Source: Anthoceros angustus (taxonomy: Eukaryota; Plantae; Anthocerotophyta). From it: 64,000 nt of DNA. This document shows, one piece after another, positions 10,566 through 22,400 of this stretch. Every line of letters begins with the position of its first letter. The first letter of the stretch is position 1. The DNA lies in the NCBI GenBank assembly GCA_010909165.1, contig MU008226.1, positions 1-64,000 of the forward strand, written 5' to 3'. Below the pieces are notes generated by a model. It was not told the origin of the DNA. It did not search any database and saw only the letters and a program-made list of their open reading frames with translations. A program made the position numbers and the translations under genes.

Positions 10566-11380
10566 ATGCACGCCAGACCCGTTTTATGCTGCCTGAACAT
10601 TCTCCTGATCGGCTTCGCAGCAACTACCATTGGAGTTCTATTCTGATTGGAACGTTTGCATCTTCCCATGGCTGTCTCAACTTTCTGTCACTTCGGGCTT
10701 CTTCGGTTGTGTTGCGCACTGTCGGAGGGGCTGCCGAAGGATACATTAGGCAGTTTTTTCTGTCTCCCTCCTCCTTTCAGTGGGAGTCTTTCTCTTTATG
10801 ACGCTGCGCGAGTACAGGACAAGAGAGGCGGAGCGTCCCGTTGGTTACGCGGCCCAAAAGAATGCCAGGCACAGACATTCCATTCCACACATTACGGGAG
10901 CGGACCTATGCCATCCTGTAAGATCGAAATGAACACGACTAATGACAGAGTATTTCGGGCGTCAGATGTTTCGGTACCAGATTCTGGAGCTTCCTCTGGA
11001 CTATTTTCGGCTGGCTCAACATCGTCGGGGATGTCCCATGGGCCAGAGATTCTGCAGGAAGTCGTGCTGCGGAGGTTTTGCACCAATGCCTTTTGGTCCT
11101 AGAGCAGCCAGAGTGACGAGGGATTTGCAGGTGGAGAAGATGCGGCAATCAGCCAACAACTCAAAGCGACAATACACACCAGAGTCTGAGGAGGTTGCGG
11201 GTGGATACTCAACCACAGAAACTGTTCCAGATGCGGAATTTGAGATCTCGTCCGTCAGCAGCGCTCAAGCGGATGATGATGCTGACAGCGTGTACTCTGC
11301 GCTGTGAGATATCCAAGGTGGTCAAAGCACGCCAGGAAATCCATCGACACTAACCGGCTCATCCGACGCTAAACAAAAAG
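10566..11380 (+). pseudogene. Disrupted paralog of the 4-TM tetraspanin-like gene
   Basis: MHARPVLCCLNILLIGFAATTIGVLF*...GLLRL/GCVAHCRRGCRRIH*AVFSVSLLLSVGVFLFMTLR. Two in-frame stops and a ~180-bp deletion that removes TM4 relative to copy 2. The acidic tail (EFEISSVSSAQADDDADSVYSAL) is retained. Confidence 0.65.
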
Positions 11381-12419
11381 TGAAGATAGAGAAATAGGAT
11401 GCCGGACCCGAGTTCTTTTTGCCTTTCAATAATGGCCGATTTGGATCCGTCCTCGAATGATGACCGAGGCTCGAGGCGAACGTAAGAACCGTCGGTCTAA
11501 TTAGGGGCTTCGCATTTGTCTACGTTTGATTGTACGTTGTATCCTGTATGTCTGGCACTCGGCCCTCCGGAAGGCTTAACGTTTCATTGTTTCATTGCAT
11601 AGTTGTGTTGTTCAAATTTTCGTTCAAAATGCCTTTTTAGTTCACATATACCTAAATAAATACTGTAGCGGACATCATCACACTTCGTATCCGTCTCGTT
11701 CTGAAACACGGCTCTAACCTTTGGGTTCCAGATGTGGGTCGATTTGTGGCAATCCCCGTTCAGGCGAGACACCAACATCTAGGCGGTGACAGACAATCTG
11801 ATTCGAGATGAGTTCGTAGCGGATTTGAAGTTGAAGGAAGCATGCTCCAGCATATGCAGATTACTTCACAAGAGCGATGACCTTACGGCTTGCATCTTTT
11901 TCTTCTATCTTCTTCTTTGACGAAGTTATGAAGTGGAAGTAGGTTCGTGATAGATAGAAAGATTTGCATCATCGTATGTTTTGATTATAAGTAAGACATG
12001 AAAATGCGATTACATTGCGATTATCACTACTTCCATTCAATTAGTACTCGGCTAACATGATTTGATGACAAGAGGTTATCAACTTTTTGCCAGCAAATCA
12101 TCTAAGGAAGGCTGGGCACACACTCTTCTCAAAATAGGGTCCCCTGCACCTTGAGCAAGACCATAGTCTACAAACATGGCTAAACCATCCACAAACATGG
12201 CCTAAACCACCAGTGCATAAGGAATCTTTAGGTCATTCCATTGCACGCTAGAAGAGCGAACCACTCTCACTTCAGGGCTTGAGTTTGGAAGTCCTTCATG
12301 CATTGGCTTTTACGGACATCTGGTGACAATTAGTCCACATTTCCTACAAATGCTTGTCAATCTTCTCCCTATATTATGAGGACTCTAATTCCTTCCATCC
12401 CTTTTAACCTATTTTTCCA

Positions 12420-13900
12420 ACCCTCGTTTTGACAAGAGGGACAAGGATCTGGCCTCCCCTCTGCCAAAACTTCCTACGAGACTGGATCATTGTGAAACAA
12501 TCTATCCTGTGGCAGCCTCTACACGCACGAGCGTCCTCAATTTGTGGATTTAGGGCCATGAATACATCTGAAAACAGGAGGCAAGGGCGGCAGTTCGCAG
12601 ATCCCTATTTCTTAAGGCTGCAGCGTTCAATGGCCTCCTACGGCTAAGGGTTGCGTGGGACTACAGGACACAGGCATGGAAGTCAGCCGAAACCTTGAGA
12701 CAGGAATTTGGCGTGTCTCTCCAGGGAGCAAACCGTCTGCGTACCTGGCTAGGTGACTGTTGGATGAGCGACTATACTTGGCCTTACACCAAGACGAGCA
12801 GGTCACTGTTGGGTCCTGGTACACTATTGCCAGGAGGGGCCTGGATTGGAGGTGGCTTCCTGAAGCCGCAGTGTTCTTGGTGATCGAATCGGTGGGCACA
12901 GCTGCTGTTTGTCAGGAATTTCAACCTCACTGTGATACTGGCATGTTGGTAAGGATTCATAGTCAGGTAGTGGTTGCAAGCCGATTTCTTATTCCTATCA
13001 AGGTCTTGCACGGCGGGCAGGACCTGGCAGCTTCAGGAAGAAATTCCTCAGGGGACTCTCAACGGTGGGTCTTCCAGTTTGCAAGGCTTGAGTCTGTACC
13101 ACTGGCAGAACTCTCAACAACCATTGATGGATGGTGGTGGCCGCACCGACGACGTACACATGCGCAACCCAACCGGTCTCTACTGAATTATGTGTGGGGA
13201 TATCTACCATCGGCTTATTTATACCATTCGTCAGAAAGTGAGTCATGGTACCAGAATTGCTCCTAGGCTCCACTTATCCCGACAGCTGCAGTAGGTGGTG
13301 CTTCACATGTTATGGAAGAATCCAGGTATTCCACCAAAAGCCCAGGGCACCGCATGGCAATTCTTACAGGCTGCCCTCCCGAATGCAATCGTTGGGATGG
13401 CTTGTTCCTTGCCACAGGAACGGAGCACTGCTCATTATGCACAACTGGGGAGCTCACAAAAGCCAACACATCTTCTTCCACTGTCGTCTCCCTAAAATGG
13501 TTTGGGACAGGATAAACAGGTGGATTCTTCGAACCAGACCATCATTACCACCTGCCTTGTAGGAGCGCACTGCCCTTTTGGTCTTCACCCAACCAGGAAC
13601 GCCCTCTTGGTCAAGGGACAGTGGTGGCCTGTCCTGTGGTTCATCATTCTTTTCATGCATAATGGAGAAACTGGACACCGGTGGTTTATGGTGGGCAAGA
13701 TTTAGCAACTGACAAGAGACTCCTGCGCTCAATCTGGGAAGCCACTACGGTGGCAGGCGCTGAGGTGTTGCTCCATGTAATTCGGTTCGGGGCTCATATG
13801 GCAGGCATGAATTGGAGCTTATCACGCGGGCTCGGGGAATGGCAGCTCAAGGCGGATCATCGATTAGCCGAGAGAGTGTCGAGCAGGCGCCCAGCCCTCG
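12420..13900 (+). mobile_element. Degenerate L1-type LINE, 3' part (zf-RVT region)
   Basis: LWKNPGIPPKAQGTAWQFLQAALP followed by SQHIFFHCRLPKMVWDRINRW matches the plant L1 zf-RVT pattern W..ppK...W......LP / HxFFxC...VW...W. The left boundary is approximate. Confidence 0.7.
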
Positions 13901-15305
13901 CTGCGTCTCATCTCTGCTGTCCACGACATAAAGGATGTGGAGCTCAGATTTCGCCAACAGGCTAACCATTTGTCCATGGATTTGGTGCACGCAGATTTTG
14001 CAGTGGGTGTAATGGAAGGACTTTGTTGCAAGCTTGGACTCCAACAGCTGTCCGCGGGTTGCTGGCCTCCCCAGACATACATCGATTTTCCAACTCGCGG
14101 AAACTGTGCTCGCACATGATGATCCTGCCGAGGAGCATGCGACCATTCCGCCGTGCTCTCCACGGCAGGTTGGCTGTGGCAGTTCCTGGATGAGGATAGG
14201 GCTTTCAACGGGCTGGAGCACGACATGGAGCCTTCTCTGTCACCTCTCTAAGGACCGAACAAGGAGTGGTGCTCGCCAATGGTCCGAGCCGGAAGTCCGG
14301 AAACCTTTGGAGTCCCTTGTGGACCACCGCAATCAGGTTCTGGTGGACCAGGTTCGGAATGGAATTCCGATCTCCGACGTTTCGCAGTTGGTTCTGGATC
14401 CATCACACTGGAAGTTGGATCAGCATCTGCTGGAGGAGTGACGAGATGTGCACCCTTGGAAGCCTTGCAAGCCAGAAGCATTCGAGTTGATTTCAGGTCT
14501 GGAAAAGCTGCTGTTTGACGAATCTGTTGAGTTCACTGAAGTTGAGGGTGAACAGGTAGCTTCTCTTGACGCAGATGAAGCTCAATCGATGTACCAGGCC
14601 GATGGGGACGGGGAAGGTGGAGGCTTTTTGCACTGGTGACTGGCCAACGGAGAGCCATCAGGAAGTACTCCTCCACTTTCTAAACCGCGCTTACATCAAT
14701 TGGAGGACTGTAAGGTGTCCGGTGGAAGTTTTGCCGGGAGTGGCGGTCTTGCTGGAGCGCAGTCTCCACGAGCGGCTCCGGAGCCTGGTTGAGGAAGAGA
14801 TTTACACCCTGCATTGTTGGAGTTGAAAGAACACCCCATTTCGAGGATTGATGGGGTTTATTTCCCATATGGCTCGCTTGCACTCCTCGCTGAATTTGGT
14901 GTGTGTGGAGTTTGATATGTTACGAGACGTGTACCGAAGCCTGCGGAAGATGGTGCTGGACATGGGCCGGTGCTGGACATGGGCCGGTGCCGGACTGCCC
15001 TGACGGGATTCGAACTTCCCGTTCAGATCTTGGGGGAGGATGGACGTCTTCACCCAGTCTACATCACTCACCTCATGCCGACATAACATTCGCGGGGAGA
15101 TGGAAGGACGTCATTTCCAAAATCCAGGGGGGTGGCCTCCTCCCCATGGAAGTTCGGCCTCCCCGATTATCTGTAGACGGGTAGCATGGGTGCGCAGTAG
15201 GTAGGAACAGCTTGGGTTCGATTGACGACCCGGTTGAGGGAAAGAAGAGAATGACACCACAAGAAAGAAAGATGCAGTACAGTTCCTCAAAAGTGTATGT
15301 ACAAG

Positions 15306-17805
15306 TGTAATGAATCTTTGTAAGTTAACCACATGCATTGCGTGACGGAGAAACGTCGAAATGGAAGACAGAAACGTGCGAAACAATGCCTGTGCACACG
15401 AGTCGTGAATCGTAACTCGAGTGCCGTGCATGCTGGAGGGTCTTGGATTCAAAGCATTCATCACCCTCCTCCCGACCGGTCGGCCAGCGTCTCCACCTCG
15501 CGCCACATTTTGAGGTCTGGATATCTTCGACTCCTTGCACGCCGTTGTTCCTCGCAACTTGCGATCGCGTCTTCACCTTTGCGCCCTGCCACAGCTTGTT
15601 TGTGAGTACTCTTCCTTCTCTACACCAAGAAGCGAATCAGCATGAATCATACGGTCAGGCTGCTGCTCGCCATTTTCGTAATGATCTTTGGCGCCCTTTG
15701 CGCTGTGTGTTGTCTTTTCGCCGGCAATTTCAAGAAAACAGCCTGTTGCCCCGGATCCGCAACCCGCAGCCGTAGCCTCAGCCGGGGCCTGAGGTCGTAC
15801 TGAAATTGTGTGTACAAGTATTCTTGGTAGCGTACCGGAACCTTGGCTTCGACTTAGCTTTACACTCCGGGGCAAAGCGGCTCCGCAGCATCATACTATA
15901 TCCTCATTTGCGCCCTGCTGCGTGGTTTGATCATATCTTGAATCAAGGCTTTGAAATCTTCCGCCGAGAATTTGCTTTTCATTTGCAGTGGAGCATTTTG
16001 CGTTTAAGATCTCGAAGGCCTCATTTGGTATGACAGTGTGCTGTGGAATTAATTCTATGCAATGCCTGACTGTGAGTTCACAAGTACTCAGGTTCTGTCC
16101 CCTGGTCAGGCGAAGATGCTAACCAAGGAGTGGCGTTCTGTGATGATTGCCAATGGCAGGAACTCTGATTCCGTGCTAGGGCCTTTGCTTTTGCGGAACT
16201 GTTGTTGACATCCTTTACTGCCAGTTTCCGCTGCACTTCAATCGATATGCTTCCATGACTCAACTGCCTTGTATAGCCAAACGGCTGGCAGTAACGCTGG
16301 TGCTCACAAGTTGAAGGTGTGAACCCCTTGAAATTTTGTGTGGCCGTAGGGTTGAAGTAGTCCCAATTCGCGATAGGATCATAGTCACTGCATCAAGTTG
16401 ATCAGCATTCTGCCGATCCTACCTAACATGTGTCACCGTGAGGGCCATTGTAAAACTCTCACAGACATTGTGTTCCGATATTTGCTAAACTGTGATCTGT
16501 GTTTCATTTGCTGCTGTCCAGTTTCTTATGGCAAGGCTTGCGAAGTGAGCGAGGGAAGATTAACCGTATTCTCCAGATACCAATGTCTTTGGGAAATTCC
16601 TCACACCGGCTGGCTGTTGGATAGAATATGCGACTGTGCCGCCGTGGCTTGTTGTTCAAATGCACGCCAGACCCGTTTTATGCTGCCTGAACATTCTCCT
16701 GATCGGCTTCGCAGCAACTACCATTGGAGTTCTATTCTGGTTGGAGCATGGCTCACCCAGGTTTCCATCATATGTTCCGATGGCGGTCTCAACTTTCTAT
16801 GTCACTTCAGGCTTCTTCGGTTGTGTTGCACAATTTCGGAGGGGCTGCCGAAGGACACATTGAAGTTGTTTCTGTCTCCTTCCTCCTTTCAGTGGGAGTC
16901 TTTCTCTTTATGACGCTGCGCAAGGACGTTGTGGTCCGTCTTCTTCTCCGATCTGGCCAGAACACCGTCAATGCAGCTTCTGAAGTGGTTCTCTTCTGCC
17001 AAATCACATTCTTCCTTATGATAGTGTCACAAACCGCTGTCGTTTTGTCCAATTGCTTTTGCGACAAGCATAGAATTCGCCGGAGAACAGGTCAAGAGAG
17101 GCGGAGCGTCCGTTGGTCACGCGGCTTTAACGATTGCCAGGCACACAGATTCCACATCCAGGCCCGGACCTATGCCATCCTGTAGGATCGAAATTAGCAC
17201 GACTAATGACAGGGTATTTCGCGCTTCAGATGTTTCGGTACCAGGTTCTGGGTTCCCTCTGGACGATTTTCGGCTGGCTCAACATCGTCGGGAGATGTCC
17301 CATGGGCCAGAGATTCAGCAGGAAGTCGTGCTGCGGAGATTTTTGCAAGGGAAACGGCGCCAATGCCTTTTGGTCCGAGAGCAGCCAGAGTGACGAAGGA
17401 CTTGCAGGTGGAAAAGATGCGGCAATTAGCCAACAACTCAAAGCGACAATATACACCAGAGTCTGCGGGTGGATACTCAAGCACAGAGACCGTTCCAGAT
17501 GTGGAATTTGAGATCTCGTCCCTCAGCAGCACTGAAGCGGATGATGATGCCGACAGCGTGTACTCTGCGCTGTCAGATATCCAAGGTGGTCAAAGCACGG
17601 CAGAAAGTCCATCGACAGGAACTGGCTCGTCCGACGCTAAGCAGTGAAGATGAAATAGGATGCCGGACCCTGAGTTCTTTTGCGTTTCAGTAAGGGCCGA
17701 TTGGATCCCTCCTCGAATGACGATCGAAACTCGAGTCGAACGTAAGAACCGTTGGTCTGATAAGGGTGTTCGCATTTGTCTACGTTTCACCGTACGTTGT
17801 GTCCT
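15306..17805 (+). repeat. ~2.5-kb duplicated cassette, copy 2
   Basis: Colinear with 9089-11545. Has an extra ~180 bp at ~16905-17090 and an inverted 78-bp segment at 16383-16460. Confidence 0.93.
16660..17647 (+). CDS. Putative four-TM tetraspanin-like membrane protein, roughly 310 aa, with Ser/Asp/Glu-rich tail. One frameshift at ~16860; putative 48-nt intron 17182-17229.
   Basis: TM1 VLCCLNILLIGFAATTIGVLFWL, TM2 YVPMAVSTFYVTSGFFGCVA, TM3 (frame fixed from copy 1) AVFSVSLLLSVGVFLFMTL, TM4 VVLFCQITFFLMIVSQTAVVLSNCFC. Splicing GTAGGA..CTAAT..TTCAG joins in frame to the open frame ending ..GSSDAKQ*. Confidence 0.55.
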
Positions 17806-18276
17806 CCATCTCTACCCTCCGAACAGCTTAACGTCTCATTACATAGGTTTTAGTGAAAGGAGCCGGATATATTTCCTTGCATAGTTGTATTGTTGGAATT
17901 TCCGTATGGAACATCGATCTGGTCATCGTTATACAAAGGTTTTATCGAGGGTTACATAATAATATTTCCTTCGCAGAAAACTTCATAGGTCACACATTTG
18001 GCGACATCGGCCCCCTATGTACCAATGTGGTCGGGTGTGTGAAGAATCTTTTACGTCACGATACACATGTTTTCTTTCTTAGGGTTGTGGGAACATTGGC
18101 GCTTGCACATTTCTGAGCATTCATTTGACTAACCCTCGCGAACTTGAGCCATAAATTACGGGACCCATAAGCCCCTGCAACATCCATGTGCCCTTAAGCA
18201 ACCTTGAGCACCCTTAAGCGACATTTAGCGCACCTTCAGTGTGAGGAAACACACTCTTGAACATGTAATCCTAAAC

Positions 18277-18600
18277 CCCAGCCATTGATTTGGACACTTG
18301 ATGAGCCGTTACATCTATAAGCCATCGATTTGGACACGATGGCGAGCCGTTACATCTATATTCATCTAACATGAGCAAATATCCGGAGCCTTTGCTGGCG
18401 ATTGAGACATGTCCAACAAACATGTGCATGTGTGTTCAAGACATGTAAACATGTGTACTTGTGTAAGAAAAACCCAAGTTGTGCATGTGTGCAGAAAGCA
18501 GAAACATGTGTAGTGCAAGAAAAACCCAAGTTGTGCATGTGTGTTCGAGCAAGCGACATGTGTACTTGTGTAAGAAAAACCCAAGTTGTGAGACATAGAG
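18277..18600. repeat. Cluster of short tandem repeats: 2x ~40 bp, then ~3-4x ~45-55 bp ACATGTGTACTTGTGTAAGAAAAACCCAAGTTGTG
   Basis: Direct repeats visible in the sequence. Confidence 0.8.
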
Positions 18601-18971
18601 TTCTATACGGTCCGTCATGCGATAATGTGAAACATATAAGATGAAGGAATCTTGAAGATGCCGAGGCATGTAAGTGTAGAATATTGGTGAAAAAAAGGTT
18701 GTCACGCATGCCACCGGTGATGACTTCAATATTCCATACTATGTTATTATAAATGGTTTCTATCGATGTAAATATTTTCCCCAAAAAGCATTCAAACCGT
18801 TGTAAATATTTGTCCCCAAAAAAATGCAAATCATTATAAACCTTTTCCCGCCAAAAAATTGTAAAAGCTATTGTTGTAAAATAATAATAAAATTTATTCA
18901 AATACTGCCTACAAAACTAAACAAGGGTAGGGATATTTGCAGAGTCATACTGTTAACATTCTCAATGATGA

Positions 18972-19125
18972 ATACATTTGCCTAGTCTGTGGATGTACAT
19001 TTGCCTAGTCTGTGGATTTTTATTTGCCTAGTATATGGATACACATTTGCCTAGTCTATGGATACATTTGCCTAGTTTGTGGATACATTTGCCTACTCCG
19101 AGGATGCATTTGGCTAGTTTGTTGC
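18972..19125. repeat. ~21-bp minisatellite (ACATTTGCCTAGTCTGTGGAT), ~7 copies
   Basis: Direct repeats visible in the sequence. Confidence 0.9.
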
Positions 19126-19464
19126 AAGAACTTGGTCAAAACATCGAAAGGTTATTATAAGAAGTCACCGAGACTACGAGGTCGGGTTCATATCCGGAAG
19201 ATACTTTGCCATCAAGATCACGTCTCTAACAACCATGAAATCTATGAGACATCCACATCAAGTTCTTGTAAAGTGATAAATGAGCCTGGTGATCTTGTGC
19301 AAGAAGCTTACTAGGCGTCAATAGCAATAGCTTGGGAAAGCAGCAAGCTTCAATGAGCATCAAGCTCCAATTAGCATATGCAATTTATGTGTTATCTTCA
19401 TATGCAAAGCACCGAGTCCATAGTCTCCCATAACCGATGATGTCTTCTCTTCTCATAGCATCAC

Positions 19465-22400
19465 CGTGGCGCGACTTTTTGCCGCCACCGGGCTCGCACA
19501 ATCCGTGTTGCTGTAGGAAGGAGTCTGCTCAAGGGAACAGACTCCGCTTGCGGCTTCAAAGTATTCTCCCTTACTTTACGCCCGGTCCCAACGCACTTAG
19601 TAGTTCACGCCTAACTACTCGCAAACACCGACAGCGTGATGGCTAAACGTTTATGACCTGTCATCGCTCCGCTCCTGCCTCCTCACACTCTCGCCACCTC
19701 TCCACTCACACTACACTTATCGCCTTAAGACGCTGGTTACATGCCCTGACCTCCGCTGCTCCACTGGCCTCCGTCCGGCACAGACGCCTCAAGTCCTCCG
19801 GCTCACACCCGCCCGTCCGCTCGGCTGGCCGCGGCTCGACGAGCACGGGTCCCCGCCACCTTCCCCGCACACACCACAACACGTTAGGTCCGGCCACTGT
19901 GACCTCGATCGATCCTCCTGTCGCCGGCTCGCTGACTCAGACTCACGTTATCGCAAGAAGACACAAGGTCTGCAAGAACGCTGCATCAACACCAAGGAAA
20001 GATGATTTATTCAGGCAGCCCCTTTCTCTTATACTACGCCTAGGTCGGCGCCTTTATTACACCCCTATTCCGAAATGACGGCACCAAGATGCCCTAATCG
20101 GCCTACCATCCTATTTCCTCCCCTATCTCCTTCGGCTGGGCTGGAAGGTCCCGGTTCCCTTGGGATTGGTGGTCCAATCTCCGCCCGACAATGGCAAGAC
20201 CCTAATCGGATGATCCGCGAGGCGGACCCTCCTTTCTCCGAATCGCCGTTGGTTACGGCGGGCGGTCCGACGACCGCTACTACAACGTCATCCTCCTCGG
20301 CCTTCCTGGGTCCCTCCTGGGGCCACCGCGCCTCCCTAGCGTAAGGGGGCTCCATCGCCGAGTCCGGACCTCGAGGTCCGGTCTCGACTCCGAGTCCGAA
20401 CCCAAGGGTCCGCTTATTTCCCGAGTCCGACCGGCTGGGTCCGGCCTCGGGGTTCGGACCTCGGTCCGAGATTACCGGGGTCCGATCCAAACTCCGACTC
20501 TTCCGTGGACCTCAGATCGCTAGGTCCTCCTCCTACCCCCGACCCTTGTCTTGGTCCGGTTGGCTCTCTCTTGCACCGCAGCCCCTCACCCCTTCTCCGA
20601 CGGGGTGGTGAACTTACCTTGGGGTCCGCTGCCCCGCCTCCTCTGGGCTCCTCCTCGCCGTCGTTTCCAAACAGGCCCCTAGGGTCCTGGCCCCTGCCCC
20701 CTTCTTCCTCCGAGCCTTCCAGGTCCGCCTATTGGCAGGGCGCCGAGGCCTCTACCGCCTGTGGAGCTCGGTGGTAATAGGCAAAGTCCGAATCCACTTG
20801 CCGGATTGCCTCTTCCACGGTGCCCGAGCACTACTCCTTCGCCATAGGTGCTCCGGAGCCGAGCCTGCTGCCGCTTGTTGCTCCACCTCCCCGCCAGTTT
20901 GATAGCCGGAGCCGGCCGCGAGGTCCAGCTGCCGCCTCACCTCCCGTGCCGCCGTGCTCCACTTGCTCCAACTCCTCCGCTCGCTCCGCCACCGCTTGCC
21001 CGCCATAACGCAGCTGCCCTTCCGACTTCCTCACCGACCAGCTGTCTGCCTCGCCGCCCCGCCTTTTGTCCATTCTCCAACTCCGCCATCTCCCGCCTCC
21101 AGACGGCCGCAACATGCCAGATCGGGCTTCACCCTTCTTCCATCTCGGCGACGCCCCGCCTCCTGCTCCATCGCCATCGACTGGCCCGCCAAGAGCCGCC
21201 GATTTTCCGTTCACACCATGTCCCGCACTACCATTCCTCTCAATGATAGTTTGAGTCAGCCCAAAGTCTCCTTGGTCCTCCATCTCCGCCGCCACCTCCC
21301 GAGCCGAGTCCGAGATCCTCCACCTCCTTGTCGCGAACTTCGGGCCGGGTCCGCTGCCCACCTCCGCCTCCATCTTCAGCAGAGCCGAGGAGCCTATCTC
21401 CGTCAAGTCCCTGGATTCTCCCATTGAGAATTCCTTGCCCGACGCCTTGGAGTTGTAACCCAAGGTGTCCCGTCCTCCAACTCCGCCTCCCCCTTCTACC
21501 TCCTGCACTGCCTGAGGTCCCGATTTCCGGCCGGCCTCAGCCACCGTGCTTGCTCCGCCACCGCTCGGCCTTCGATTGGCCGTGGCCTCTCGCCTCCACC
21601 GGCCCGATCACTGATAGTGATCGCGATCGGCCTCGCTGGCCTCCGCCTCCTGGCCACCTTCACCGAGCCTCCAGCCTTGGTCCGGCGGCCTCCGCCAGTC
21701 CGCCTGCTCGCGCGCCCGCTCCTCGGCCACGCCTGCAGAGGTCCTCCGCCCGCTGGGCCTTGGCCTCGCTCACCGCCTCCTCCACTGAAGGAATTTGGTC
21801 CGGCCTGCGGATGGACCAGACTCCTCCTCGCCTCCGCCTCAATCCGGCCGAGCTTCGCCTTCCTTCTCGCCTCCGGCTCCTCCAACTGCCTCGGAGGAGT
21901 ACCATGCGCCCGGTGGCTTCTACCTCCGGGTCTTCGCCATCCCAGAGACCAGCATACCGTCCATGACGGTAGCTGTGACCCGCCGTGTTTCTTCCACGGC
22001 CGCCGTGGTGAGGCTCCCACAAAGTCCGTGAGCGCATCTCACGGTCCGCCAAGGACCTCCATACACGTCCGAGTAAGTCCGACTGGTCCGGACCTAATCA
22101 GACCCTTAGGTCCCGAGCCGAGCCCCGAGCTTCCCCTCCTTGGCCCTTTTGGCCGCGAGCTCCTTCTTTTTCTCCCGGGCTTGAGGAGGTGAGGGAGTCC
22201 GGAGCAAGCCTTTTGCCCTTCCGGCGATGACCGGCCTGCGGCCGCTGCTGTCCTCCCGCCTCGGGCTCCCTTTTCTCGCCTCCCATCGCTTCCTCCGCTT
22301 TTACCCTGCAAGGTGGAGGTACCGGCACCGACGAGCCACAGCTGGTCTTGGCTCCTCCCCGTCCGGGCTCCTCATGTGTGGGCTGGGCCGCCTCGCTGGC

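Larger units (their letters stand above)
9089..11545 (+). repeat. ~2.5-kb duplicated cassette, copy 1
   Basis: Colinear with 15306-17805 from TGTAATGAATCTTTGTA to GTACGTTGT.TCCT. Confidence 0.93.

Noticed and set aside
9089-11545. Cassette as a transposase gene (KDZ, MULE, hAT, Harbinger, CACTA, tyrosine recombinase) or a minus-strand spliced gene near 10910-10980
   Set aside because: No diagnostic catalytic motifs in any frame. The plus-strand TM reading explains the 3' half better.
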